A stretch of DNA of 64,000 nt from positions 6,489 to 70,488 of the forward strand of contig NMRA01000027.1 of assembly GCA_002633005.1 (NCBI GenBank). Reading direction: 5' to 3'. A program made the translations under genes and the position numbers. How positions within the stretch are numbered: position 1 is the first letter of the stretch; each line of letters starts with the position of its first letter. Below the pieces are notes generated by a model. The model searched no databases. It had not been told where the DNA came from and worked only from the letters and a program-made list of their open reading frames with translations. Positions 50,334-63,829 of the stretch are shown piece by piece. This DNA comes from Phoronis australis (lineage: Eukaryota; Animalia; Phoronida).

Positions 50334-52011
50334 TTTCTTTCTGTGTTGAACAGCCAACTCCGAACTCCCAGAATTTTTTCAAAGCACATGCTCAATAATC
50401 TGACGATACTCCTATCAGGCAATAGGGGTGGTCAGTCGACTGCAAAAATAATGAAGCAAAAACACATCATGTAAAAAGTCAACAGGCAAATCAAGAATTG
50501 AAAAAATAAGTTTTTGACCACGTAGAAGTGAATAGAGTGTTCGATTTACGCTTAATTACAAGTTGATTTCTTGCGCTGTTGCTTTTGGTTGAGCGCTTCC
50601 ATTTCAGTGTCATGAGTGTCATTAAAACATGCGTAATTAACGAAGACACGGAACAATGGCCCGTATCTGCTTGTATTAAAAAAATGCATATAACGAAGAC
50701 ACGGAACAATGGCCCGTATCTGCTTGTATTAAAAAAATGCATATAACGAAGACACGGAACAATGGCCCGTATCTGCTTGTATTAAAAAAATGCATATAAC
50801 GAAGACACGGAACAATGGCCCGTATCTGCTTGTATTAAAAAAATGCATATAACGAAGACACGGAACAATGGCCCGTATCTGCTTGTATTAAAAAAATGCA
50901 TATAACGAAGACACGGAACAATGGCCCGTATCTGCTTGTATTAAAAAAATGCATATAACGAAGACACGGAACAATGGCCCGTATCTGCTTGTATTAAAAA
51001 AATGCATATAACGAAGACACGGAACAATGGCCCGTATCTGCTTGTATTAAAAAAATGCATATAACGAAGACACGGAACAATGGCCCGTATCTGCTTGTAT
51101 TAAAAAAATGCATATAACGAAGACACGGAACAATGGCCCGTATCTGCTTGTATTAAAAAAATGCATATAACGAAGACACGGAACAATGGCCCGTATCTGC
51201 TTGTATTAAAAAAATGCATATAACGAAGACACGGAACAATGGCCCGTATCTGCTTGTATTAAAAAAATGCATATAACGAAGACACGGAACAATGGCCCGT
51301 ATCTGCTTGTATTAAAAAAATGCATCCAAAATAATGTTGGTGTAGTTTCCAAAATCATTGTTCATGCACCACCGAGTGTGCTCGTGTTTTTTTATTTCAT
51401 TGCCCAGGGTGGTGATGTTTCGTGTACTGTCACGGGGAATACAAAAAGGTAGGCAGCGGACTTGAAATTTTTGTCTAGTACCCATTTGTTTGTTCTTCCA
51501 CGCAGTGCTGTAGTGGTAAAATTAGAGGTAAGTTAAGGTGCCCAAAGCCCACAGTATCACCTTCAGCACTTAACATAACTTACAGTGCGTAGGTGCTACG
51601 TTCAAATGCCAAAAGGTGGTTGTCTGCGCCTATGAGCACCTACGCCCAACTACAGCACTCATTCCATGGCAATGAAATACATTCGACAAGTGCTGTCTCA
51701 ATGATCAGTACATGCTGACATGAGTTGTACACATAAGCCAAAGGAAACAATTGTGTCTCCTTCAGTAAATAGCATAAGAACACGGGTATTTTACCGCCAT
51801 AGTAAAGCAAGTTCCTGGTTCCGCTAAAACTGATTGTCATTGAAAAGTTAGCGAGTTGCGGACGTTTTGGAATCTTAGTTTTGCGAGACGAATGTTCACA
51901 AAAGCACTCACACTTTTAAGGAGGTCTTGATCATAAAAAAATTGGGGGTGGGCGGTAAGCCGAGCATGGGCGGTAAGCCGAGCATGGGCGGTAACCTGGA
52001 CGAGTATGGTA
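50334..52011 (-). mobile_element. TIR family C, inverted copy containing an expanded 53-bp array
   Basis: Reverse complement of ~13350-14198. Ends GGGCGGTAACCTGGACGAGTATGG-TA. Confidence 0.85.
50638..51325. repeat. Homogeneous 53-bp tandem array x13 (taacgaagacacggaacaatggcccgtatctgcttgtattaaaaaaatgcata)
   Basis: Period 53 (50641, 50694 ... 51277). No spacers, and no differences between units seen. Confidence 0.97.
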
Positions 52012-52362
52012 AAACTTACTTTATCAACACAGAACTCTTGTACTGGGTGATTATGAGTTAACTTCAGACTTACTACATAAACACGGACCTCAGGTGTACT
52101 GGATGAATACGATTTAACATAAGACTTACTTCACAGAGCCCTGAGTTGTACTACTGAGGTGATTATGAGTTAACATAAGACTTACTATGTCAACACAAAC
52201 CTCAGTTGTACTGGGTGACTATGAGTTAATTTCAGACTTACTACATCAACACAGACCTCAGTTGTACTGGGTCAAAATGAGTTATCATAAGACTTACTTC
52301 ATTAACACAGACCTCAGTTGTACTGGGTGAATATGATTTAACATAAGACTTACTTCATTAAA
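52012..52362. repeat. ~58-bp degenerate minisatellite x6
   Basis: Repeated agacttact...aacacagacctcagttgtactgggtga units. Confidence 0.85.
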
Positions 52363-53749
52363 CCTTGTATTATAATCCACAAGTACAAGTTAACATAACA
52401 GTTTATCAGTTGACCTCATGAGTACATGAGACTGCACCACAAATGATCAGGGAGTGAAACAATCAATGCTACTCAAGAGAGACCTAGATCAGCCCTTATC
52501 TGGCCTGATTACCCTAAACTGATAATTCATGCAAGTATTATAAGGCAAAGAAATTCAATCCCTGAAGAGCACTGTTAACTTAAACGTCATCTCTAAGTGA
52601 CCCCTACATTGGCTATCAGCGCCATCTATAAGTAGTGATTGGAAACATGTTAAATATGGAATAGTTACACTTTCTCCTTTATGCTTTAATCAGCTCAAAC
52701 GTAGCACAAATGCACAATTTGTCTTCTAAAAGGTACGCCAACTACAAGTTCAGAAATGCGACACTGAATTTCACTACATAAGTAGTTATGGTGTGGGGTT
52801 ACAAATTCAAATTAAGTTTACTTTCTTGAGTTCATAAGAAATTTCATCTTTCAAATAAAAATATTTTTCTGATCTGCTGAAAACTTTTTGTTTTTCTTTC
52901 ATTTTGATTTTGAGCACTAATGATACTTGATGCCCTAATGTTTAATGTTGTAACAAAGCAATGCACAGTCTACACTGCTATAATTTACACTGCTGTAATC
53001 TACAGTGCTGTCGCTAATAGTTGCTTATTTTGCTCTAATAATCATCATTCGAATTAAAAATAAGTTTTATGTCAATTAGCGCACTTAAATGTTCTTTAAT
53101 TGTCACAATACAAAAATGTTACCGTACATGGGATACATCAGCAATACTTTGCAATTACTTCGAGGACAACAGTGCCACCTACCATTAACAGCACCGACAG
53201 TTCACTTAACCATCTTCGCAGTTTACATCAACGTTCGCTAATACTGGAGTAAAGTCAATATGAAAGCGCCTTATGTGTGCACTACTGACAAGGTCTTCCC
53301 ATAGCTGACAAAGGGAGGTGTTCCCTTTCTTACCTGAATAGGAGATAGTCAACCACAGAGTGAAGCATCACTCATATAAAGATGAAAAGAAAAAGTTGTA
53401 CGGTTGTAGGGTCTGTTCAGCAGGTGAATGAAGATTACATAACACAGACTGAGTGGCAAAACATGCAAGCTGCAGGCAACATATCAAGAAATCTGTAAAT
53501 AGATATTTCTAGGTATTGTGCTGATGTCTATTATAAGCTACTGTGATGCTCTGTCCAAGACTGCCATTAATTACTCTGCGCGTGTAAGCGCAGTGTACTG
53601 TTGTTCCTGGGTTTTCGTCAATTTTATTCTTATTCTTCTTCCGACTAACTTTGAGGCTTAGTAACTCCAAATTGGGTGCAGGTACGGTCTTTAAATTCAG
53701 CATATGACTTTTGACAGTATATAAATTTTGATTGGTTATATAATCATAT

Positions 53750-54680
53750 TCCATATTGCACCGGAAGAGGTCCTCTGGTGCAAAGGTCATATAATTTTCA
53801 AAATGCTACTCCTCCTTCAGTTTTAAAGCTATCTTTTTCAAATTCGGTGCACAGGTATAAGTCAACATGACAATTTAAAAAATTACTTTTCTAAGTATTC
53901 GGGTCATCCAATCAGGTGAAATAGGTCAAAGGTCATTAGGTACAAACTAAAATTTTGAGCTAGATACTTCAAATTGACAGCTCTGATTGCCACAGGTAAA
54001 TCAAATCGAAATCCAAAGTTTCAGGTCATTTAGTGCATACATGGGGTCAATAAGTGCATTTTTCTTCTGAAAATTCGACCTTTTCAATCACCAAGTATTC
54101 TGATGTGTCAACCGTTAGACAACTGTGATTCTCAGCATTAAACACATTTTTCATGGGCTTTGCAATAATGCTCAAGACGCTTATAATGCACCGGATAGGG
54201 TCAATTAGTGCAAAGGTCATGTAAAGTTCAAAATGTTATATCTCTTACGTTTTTCAAGGAATTCTTTTAAATTTCAGCACACTGGTTAAGTCAACATGGC
54301 AATTGAATATCCTACTTTGCATCGCAATAGGCCTAACCAATCAGAAAAAATAGGTCAAAGGTCATTGAGTGCAAACTAAAATTTTGAGCTAGAGACTTCA
54401 AAATTACATATCTGTTTACTAAGTACGATTGAGTTTGAATTCTAAGTTTTCAGGTCATTTGGTGCACTTTTCTTCTGAAAGTTTGACCAATTCATTCATC
54501 TTGTATTTTTAAGTGCTTAAAGTAAAACATCTGTGATTTTTAGCATTAACCACACTTTTAATCGAGTTTACAATTATTCTCTCATCGGGGCTCATAATGC
54601 ACCGGAAGAGGTCAATTAGTGGAAAGGTCATCAAAATATTAACATGTAATTTCTCCTACAATTTTAAAGAATTAATTTTC
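53750..54680. repeat. Diverged ~420-430-bp tandem units (gcaccgga.agg.tc...aaaggtcat)
   Basis: Unit starts near 53757, 54187 and 54598. Probably the interior of a repeat element. Confidence 0.7.
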
Positions 54681-56190
54681 ATATTGGTAAACGGGTTGCT
54701 GTCACTAACTTCCCATAACAATTCGTTTAATACGCACGTGCAGAGTCCATTATTGTCACGCCGTGACAATAATCTTTCTAGTTGTCATTATGTAGTACCT
54801 TATCTACAACTCCAGGTATTTATTAATTCTTACAAAACAACCTTTAACTCACTGAAAGTGCATATTTTCTGAAGGACCGCAGAATTTGATTTTTGACTGT
54901 AAACCAATTTGTGTGAATCAGGTTATGTGGCCATATGTGTTCTTAGTACAATTTCAGCTAGAAAACATCAATATTCATGTAGCAGAACAACTCTATCAAT
55001 AACATGACCAAATTTTGATAAAAATGTTTGGAGTTAAATCTTCAAAATACTGTCATAGTTTTTCTAAAATATTATTCTGTTATGCAACTTTGAATTTCTT
55101 TCCCAAAAATACTAAAGTCTGAGTATTTTTGATAGTTCATCATGTAAATGTAGGACATTTTAAAAAATTCATCAAGTAGTTCGAGAACAGTGTATGACGT
55201 ATATTACAGAAAGTGTCCCCCATCGGACTGGGTCCCATTTAAATTCAGAATGTTCGATTGATTTTACATTAGTCCAGATACTTGCCCAATTCATTTTTAG
55301 GAATGTTGTTGACAGAATTTGCACTCTTTGCCCTTCATGTTTGTCATGAAGTTGACATTTCAAGGCAAAGAACCACTCCATTCCAAAGTTTTCGTTTTCT
55401 CTGCAGGTCAATTTAGGCCAAACCTTGGTTGCCATACTACCAATTATATTGGGTGTTATTTGTGTATTTCTCACTTAGACCATACTAGTGGGTGCTTTTG
55501 GTACATTTTTCTTGTCATCAGCCAATCGAAATGGAGCTCATCTCATTGATTTGTGAGGAGTTTCGGTGGCTGACCCAACCCCTACTGAAAATATCACCAT
55601 CGGCAATCTTAAATTCTTAAATTTCGCTATTTCGCTCCAAAAAAGAATGCGTTTGCAATGGCATAATTACAAGCTTTTGACAATCCACAGGATTTCAAGA
55701 AATATTGGTTTTAACTGGTCATATTCTCCCAAACATTTAAATGAAAAACGCACCTGAATTGGTGTGTTTACTCTACCTAATTATACATTCACGGTGTTGG
55801 ATGAAACCATGAGCTCGACGTTGTGCGGTTTCTGCAAAAGAATTCTGGTTGGCTGTACCAACTTCATACGGTTGATTTTTGACTGACATAAAATACTGCC
55901 CATAAGAAAGCTGTTAGAGACACCAGAAATGAGACTAAGAGAAAACACTATTTGCACTAAAAAACAATTTCTACATGCCTCTGGACCATCAATTTTATCT
56001 GCAGTGCTCACTTCTCTGAAAATAGGGGGTTGTGGGGGGACTTGGGCTATTAATGTCACATTCTAGACACAACACTGATGCGGTGATAATCAGTGGCTGG
56101 GAAATGAGTTGCAAAACCCCAATCAGCTACAGGCAAATTATCCAACAAAATTTGCACAAACTGTATTTTTTTGTTTATTTACATTTTCTT

Positions 56191-56781
56191 TAAGGTCTTT
56201 CATACTAACGTCCATGTATCGATGGTTTGGGAAGTTGCGGTCAGTATGAACACTTAACTCCGGTCCTGGATCGCAGTTAACAGCTCCAGTTAACATCGCA
56301 GTTAACAGGTGTATTTGATAGCGCAGCGTCGACGCTGCGGTGCAGTATGAACGCTTAACTCCGGTCCTGGATCGCAGCTAACAGCTCCAGTTAACATCGC
56401 AGTTAACAGGTGCATTTGATAGCGCAGCGTCGACGCTGCAGTGCAGTATGAACGCTTAACTTCGGTCCAATCGAAGTTATCGCCAGGTGCCACTGTTATC
56501 GTCAACAGTTACAAGGTAGTGCCATCACTAATAGCTGCTTATATTTTGCTTTAAAAATAAGTTTAATGTCACTTAGCACATGTAAATATTTCCAAATTGA
56601 AACATAGAAAAAATCTTAGCGTGCAATGCTATCTTGCGATAACTTCGATGACAACAGCGGCACCAACCGCTTACTTCGATGTTCATTAACTACCGAAGCC
56701 AGTATGAACAGTCCAGTTAACTGCGCTGTTTATGTTGGCACTCTACTCAGACCAGAGTTAAGTCAATATGAAAGGGCCTTT
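56191..56781. mobile_element. PIF/Harbinger-like MITE with an internal ~101-bp duplication; related 3' half at 53000-53273
   Basis: TAA-GGTCTTTCATACT ... AATATGAAAGGGCC-TT ends and internal CAGTATGAAC repeats. Confidence 0.6.
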
Positions 56782-59642
56782 TGATATGTGAGATAATTAC
56801 AGTATACAGAGGGAGATAATTACAGTATACAGAGGGAGATAATAGTTGGTACAAGGACTGACCAACAAGACTTACCAGTAAGTAGGAAAGACTGCAAGAG
56901 GCAATGGTAGTGTGTCAACAGGATCATTATTCAAAGAGAAGCAATTATGTACAGCAGATGAGACATTTGATTTATAATGGTAGTTTAGTTGTGAAGCTGT
57001 TGTGATTACAGGTCATTAGCGTTAGAGTAAATGATTGGCAACGCATCTGCTAATGTTTATTTTGCATTGTTGCATAATAAATTCGTTAGAGGACTCTGGT
57101 CATTCCCTCTCCAGCTACACACTATCACATGGCATAATTTTAAGCTTTTAAACTAAACCCACATAGTCTATTCTGATATTGACCGAAGGCTATCCTAACT
57201 TGATCTGTACAAAATGTACATTCTCTCCAGACCGCAACCACCTAAAACAAATTATATTCCAGAAATCCGGTCGTAATGCAGAAATACCCGCAATTGTGAT
57301 CTTGTGGTGCTCATATATTGCAGAGTATACACGGCAGAGTATAAAGGGCCTTTCGCATAATGAATTTAAAAATCTTAAATCCAATGCGAAAAGTGATTTA
57401 GACTGGTCTAAATTTAGAAATTACAGTTAGTACCCTTGAAAATACCAGCCAAGCGAAGTACGTCCACTTAAGTAAGCGCAAAGCAAACCATTTGGTCCAG
57501 ACTATTTTGCTCCACCGTCCTAAATTCTCGCAACTTCACATGACTGTGGAGTTTTTCAGCCATTTTGCACACTCTTGACATTGTTGCTAATTTTGTCTAT
57601 TCCCTGCTCAATGTACAATTTTAAACTTAAACGTGTCTAAATGGCAATTGGTTGTCGGCATAGTGACATCTGGTGTTTTGTAGGATGAAGCTTTTTAAGT
57701 TAGGACAGTGGAATGTTAGTCTGGTCAAGTGAGAGAGGTGACAATTTGGTACGGTAGGTTATCACTCTCATCTAAAATATGTTCCAACCGCAAACTAACT
57801 CTAATGTGAAGAACGCTTTAGTCAGCCCTTCACTTGAATTTCAAGAAAGATAAAATTACTGTAAACACGCATGCTAGAGACAAACGCTGATTTACATGAT
57901 ACTTCTTGACACCGAATGCGAGGTCACCAGCAGCACAAATAACTTCACAGCACTCTTTCAACACGTGTGGGATGGTGTACTGATGTCAATGCCGCACCGT
58001 TTGGCCAAAACCCTACCAATTGGCTAGAATAACAATAACGTCACAAGCCAAGCTGAAGTCCGTGAGATACGGACACAACATCACTAATTTTCGTAAGTTT
58101 TTATTCCAGTATTAGACTCAAACTGGATCTGTTTTCTCAACTGGATGTCTCAAAATTTTCATGCTTTTATTAAGACCTGTGAATTACGGACATGAAGTCC
58201 TAAAAGTTGTTCGTCGGCATGAGAAAACGGCATGTAAGATCACTAATCATCGAAATCATCGGTAGACTGGTTATAAATTAAAATGTGAAAATTTTCAATG
58301 AAACGCATTTTGAATATCATATGAAAATTGTCTTGAAAGCCCACATTGCATCTGGCCCCAGGGGCAGGGGCAGATTGAAAACCAATAGGTACTCCCTACT
58401 GACGTCCCATATCCTTGTACCAAATCTTATCAAAACAAAACTAGAGATTTCTGACATATCAAACGCACAACTGGACAAAATGGCAACTAGGGGGTACAGC
58501 AGTTGTCAAGTCTACCCAAAAATTATCTGGTATCAGGGCATTGCCGTCTCATACACCTGAGTCAACGTTCACTGAAATACACCAAACAGTTCATAATTAA
58601 GGTTATATCAGCAGAGTACAGGGGATATGGTCTACCATTTACCCAATAGTTGAGTTGACTTAGGTACACCATACTTGTGTACAAGAGGTACGGCAGCCCG
58701 GCTGCTTACCGATATAGTTCAGTCAAACTAGCTACGTCGTATCAGGTGGTAACAGGGGGTATGGCGGCCCACAACATATCCATATAGTTGAGTCGAGCTT
58801 AGGTACTTCATATCAGGTGTGGACAGAAGATATGGCCCACTACTTACCCATATAGTTGAGTCGACCTAGATACTTCGTATCAGGTGGGGGTGGCTTGGTG
58901 TACACTTGCTCAGCCAGTTTGTTGTGAATTAATATCGACTGACCACTGTCCACTATCATGTCATCCGAGACACACCGGCACATTTGATCCATTGCAATAG
59001 CACACACTTTCACAGGATTTCTTTGAAATGAAGCCAAGTCAAATGTAATCGCATTTCGACCATAGCTTCGAAAATTGACACGCTTCTTAGCATACATTTC
59101 CCCAGCCAGACAGGTATACTGGCACACACAAAGAAGACAATATGTTATTCAACAGACATATTGTCGATGTTGCACAGTGAATATCGACAGTGATTTTCCT
59201 ATCCTAGAACTCTAAGCTCATTAGGCTAGTCTATGAACAAATCAGAGGCAAGTTAAGAGTAATTAGATCAAATGCTAGAAACAGACACATGATTCAAATA
59301 ACAGGTTTGCCATCAACTGTTGTGTGGACTTTCTTGACCACTGTGAAGACTCATGGGCTGAAAGAAGACTACTGAAAATATTTTGCACATATAGCAATAG
59401 ACAGGGTCCTCACTCACCTGAGGGGAAAGGTGCCTGTTAATTCTATAAGGAGAAATTTGGTGGTGTTTTTACTAACAAGGGAATTTTGCATCGTTTTTTA
59501 CATAGATGGGATTTTTGTGATATTTATTTCAGTACTACACTAACACTGCTTTTTATGACACTCTTTTATGCTTTAAAAAAATAAGGAAATATTAAATTTA
59601 AGTTCAACAATAAAAGGTAAGTCACTATTACATCCACCAGTA

Positions 59643-60018
59643 AATTGGAGGTCAAGGGAGTGAAGACAATCTACTGTCACATAACAGATAATTGGAGGAC
59701 AAGGGAGTGAAGACAATCTACTGTCACATAACAGATAATTGGAGGACAAGGGAGTGAAGACAATCTACTGTCACATAACAGATAATTGGAGGACAAGGGA
59801 GTGAAGACAATCTATTGTCACATAACAGACAATTGGAAGACAAGGGAGTGAAGACAACCTATTGTCAAATAACAGACAATTGGAGGACAAGGGAGTGAAG
59901 ACAATCTACTGTCATATAACAGATAATTGGAGGACAAGGGAGTGAAGACAATCTATTGTCACATAACAGACAATTGGAAGACAAGGGAGTGAAGACAACC
60001 TATTGTCAAATAACAGAT
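59643..60018. repeat. 47-bp minisatellite x8 (aattggaggacaagggagtgaagacaatctactgtcacataacagat)
   Basis: Directly visible. Confidence 0.95.
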
Positions 60019-61382
60019 TCATCAGTTTCTAGGCTTTCACCATCCACACATGACGTAATACGGTTGTGACACTGCTTGGCTTATGAAGGCAATACCAAGA
60101 CTATGGTGCATTTTTGCACAAGCACAGAACAATGGGAGTTGTTAGTAAATATCAACAAGGAAAAGAATTTTCAAAACTAGTATACTAGCACTGCTAACAT
60201 CTTGAAAACAAAGAGAGTTAAGCAATGTTTGTAAGGAACTTGCTAGGGACTGCCACCTTGCACCAAAGAACCCACTTTGCTGGCACAATAATGAAGGGCT
60301 TCACCTAAACAATGTTTTTAATTCTCATGACATCCTCAAATTTTCAGTCCTTCCCCCTCGGTGAATAGACAAGAAGAGCAATGCTGTTTTTAAATTGTTT
60401 CTACAATGCATTTATGCACTTTATGGAGTTTAAGGACAAGTATAACAATTTTATAACACAAAACCTAACTAAATAAGCTGGAATTTTAAATTTTAAACAA
60501 AAATTGATGATTTTTTTGTTTTGCGCCACGTGATGTCATCAGTGGATGACGCTGATCAATTCCGTGGATAGCAGTGACTTTGTAAGTTGCGAACACTGAT
60601 AATAAGAGAGCAACCTTGTCCAGTATTGGGAAGACGTGTATGGAGATAGGGGTGAAGATGACACTCAGGTCATAGGTGAAACAGATAATGAGTTGGACAT
60701 CAGCCATAACAACAAACTTAGCGTGTTTGAGGCCTTGGTAACTCGACCTTCCCTTATACCAGCATATTCGGCGAGTGATGACGATTCGGAGCCTACTCAA
60801 TCTGCGGACAGTCCTGATTTTTGAAAGATAAGAACATTTCATTGAATGACAGTTTAATTTTCTAACCACATACTGTTGAATTTATGTGTCTCATTACTGT
60901 GAATCTAACTGAAGGTTTTACCCTGAATGGCAAAGCCCAGTTGAAAATAGTGGACATTGCTTTCATTTCTTCAAATGCGACCAAGTGCGTTTGTCATGAA
61001 CAATCGTATCTAATTACAGTGATGCTAACTGGATTTATTTCTGCTAAATGAAACTCGTTTCTGTCTTGTCTGTTCCAAAATGATGAAACCTTCGTACTGT
61101 TGAAATTCGTAGATTATTTTGGTCCAGTACCCGACTCTAGCCTGTGTGCTGGCTGCGGTCGTGACCTCAAACTATTTGCGTCTCATCTACATATAGGCAT
61201 TTCGGTTCGCACTACTTCCCGGTTGGCACCACCATGTTAGCTCAACTCAAGATTACAGCGTCACCTGTTGTTAATGAATGATACAGCATCATCGATTCTG
61301 AATGGTTTTTGCCCATGCCGAGATTCCCACTAAAGTTTTCCTGACATAATATGGAGGACACGTAGCAGCATTTCACCTTTTT

Positions 61383-62225
61383 CAGGGCTCAACGCTATTT
61401 AAATCGTCAGATCGCATTTTGCGACCTAGCCAAAATCCCAGGTCGCATTTTCAAAATCCAGCTCGTATTCATAAATGCCAGGTCGCAAAATTTTCCCGCC
61501 ATTCTTACGTGCCAAAACTGATTTTTTAGATCATCGAGAAAATGTTTAGATGATGCTCTTACCTGCAGTGTTAAATACTCACAAATTTCAGATCTCAAAA
61601 TTGACTTCGTTCATGCAGGAACTGTGTTACTGTTCTTCACGACCGCCATTGAAAGGCTTTAGAGCGCAAGGCAAGTTGCCGACGTGAAAGTTGAATCAAC
61701 GCTTTCTAACTGACATGTGCATTCGAATAGTTAAGTTTGCGATGTGAAAAGGGAGAAAATGCCCGTTTAAAAAGTATCTGGGATTTTGCAATGTCTTTCT
61801 TGCTACCGGCTGTCATCAAAGTCGTCAAAGATCCAAACTAACTCGGAGTGCAAATTCCCTCCACTTTTTGTTCGCAGCCCAAACTTTGCAACTCAACTCG
61901 ACGTTTGAAAAACATCTGTCGAAAAAAAAGTCCGTGAAACGATGCCCTAACCGAATGACCTATTTGGATATGCGGGAACAATTCAGTGCAAATTTCACAA
62001 CAAAAATGTGGTAATTATGCTGTTAACATACTCAACAATTAGTTTTCCATGAAATGAATAGCCTCGAAATAACTCCCTCCGTGCGGGTTTCTATAGGGTA
62101 ATGTACTAATGGCGAGTTTGCTCCTCAGTCACAAAACGACATGCACGTCACAAGTGTTAACTTTCTCAGCTTTCGGAGGTATAAAACAAAGCCGGGATTT
62201 GGTTTTTACATATTGAAAAAAGACA
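61383..62225 (+). mobile_element. hAT-like MITE family G, copy 2 (with a ~260-bp insert; 3' end not seen)
   Basis: Colinear with 41151-41760. Confidence 0.8.
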
Positions 62226-62659
62226 GAAAGCTGAATTTGTTGTGTCTAGGTAGGGAGAACAGCATTTTTCAAAAATTTTAGAAAATGTGCATGTAATATA
62301 CATCACGAGAAAGCTCTCTACAAGACTAAAAGAACGGTGCAAAAAAATTTTTAAATCGGACTTACGGTTCTGGAGAAAATGGTGTTTTTGTGTCAAATTT
62401 TTTGGTAAAAATTCTGTCAAATCAAATTTGTGAGTTTGAAATATAATGGTTACAAATCTACGTAACATAGACAGACATGTTATACATCATTTCAAAGAAA
62501 ATTTTATGATGAATAATTTGCAAAAAAGAACATTCCGATTGGACATTCCTGTGCGAAGATATTGACCTTAAAGTCAACAAAGTCGACGAAGAAAAGTCAG
62601 TACGTTCAATTTTGTCGTTTCAAATTGGCATAAAATAACAATTACTCAAGAAAAAAAAA

Positions 62660-62945
62660 NNNNNNNNNNNNNNNNNNNNNNNNNNNNNNNNNNNNNNNNN
62701 NNNNNNNNNNNNNNNNNNNNNNNNNNNNNNNNNNNNNNNNNNNNNNNNNNNNNNNNNNNNNNNNNNNNNNNNNNNNNNNNNNNNNNNNNNNNNNNNNNNN
62801 NNNNNNNNNNNNNNNNNNNNNNNNNNNNNNNNNNNNNNNNNNNNNNNNNNNNNNNNNNNNNNNNNNNNNNNNNNNNNNNNNNNNNNNNNNNNNNNNNNNN
62901 NNNNNNNNNNNNNNNNNNNNNNNNNNNNNNNNNNNNNNNNNNNNN
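62660..62945. other. Assembly gap (286 N)
   Basis: Run of N. Confidence 1.
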
Positions 62946-63829
62946 AAAACCTAACTAAATAAGCTGGAATTTTAAATTTTAAACAAAAATTGATGATTTT
63001 TTTGTTTTGCGCCACGTGATGTCATCAGTGGATGACGCTGATCAATTCGGTGGATAGCAGTGACTTTGTAAGTTGCGAACACTGATAATAAGAGAGCAAC
63101 CTTGTCCAGTAATGGGAAGACGTGTATGGAGATAGGGGTGAAGACGACACTCAGGTCATAGGTGAAACAGATAATGAGTTGGACATCAGCCATAACAACA
63201 AACTTAGCGTGTTTGAGGCCTTGGGAACTCGACCTTCCCTTATACCAGCATATTCGGCGAGTGATGACGAGTCGGAGCCTACTCAATCTGCGGACAGTCC
63301 TGATTTTTTGAAAGATTAAGAACATTTCATTGAATCACAGTTTAATTTTCTAACCACTTACTGTTGAATTTATGTGTCTCATTACTATGAATCTAACTGA
63401 AGGTTTTACCCTGACTGGCAAAGCCCAGTTGAAAATAGCGGACATTGCTTTCATTTCTTCAAATGCGACCGAGTGCGTTTGTCATGAACAATCGTATCTA
63501 ATTACAGTGATACTAACTGGATTTATTTCTGGTAAATGAAACTCGTTTCTGTCTTGTCTGTTCCAAAATGATAAAACCTTCGTACTGTTGAAATTTGCAG
63601 ATTATTTTGGTCCAGTGCCCGACTCTAGCCTCTGTGCTGGCTGCGGTCGTGACCTCAAACTATTTGCGTCTCATCTACATATAGGCATCGACTTATATGT
63701 GAATAGCTCGCATTACCACAAAATCTAGAACAAGAATACAGACTGAAGGAAACTTATTGCAGTCACATTCATCGTCTCAATCAACATTTGATACTGAGGC
63801 TCCACACCTGACATGTGACTGATAACGAC

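Larger units (their letters stand above)
60460..63688. repeat. ~740-bp direct repeat (60460-61199 vs 62946-63688) on either side of the N gap
   Basis: Paired ORFs 60636/63122 and 60486/62972, with a few percent mismatches. Confidence 0.9.

Noticed and set aside
50638-51325. CRISPR-like regular array
   Set aside because: The units are contiguous and identical with no unique spacers. There are no cas genes and the context is eukaryotic.
59410-59440. Strong minus-strand donor CAG|GTGAGT as a dystrobrevin 5' exon
   Set aside because: It overlaps a sequence (gcacctttcccctc) also present in family F, so it is probably repeat-derived. No further support.
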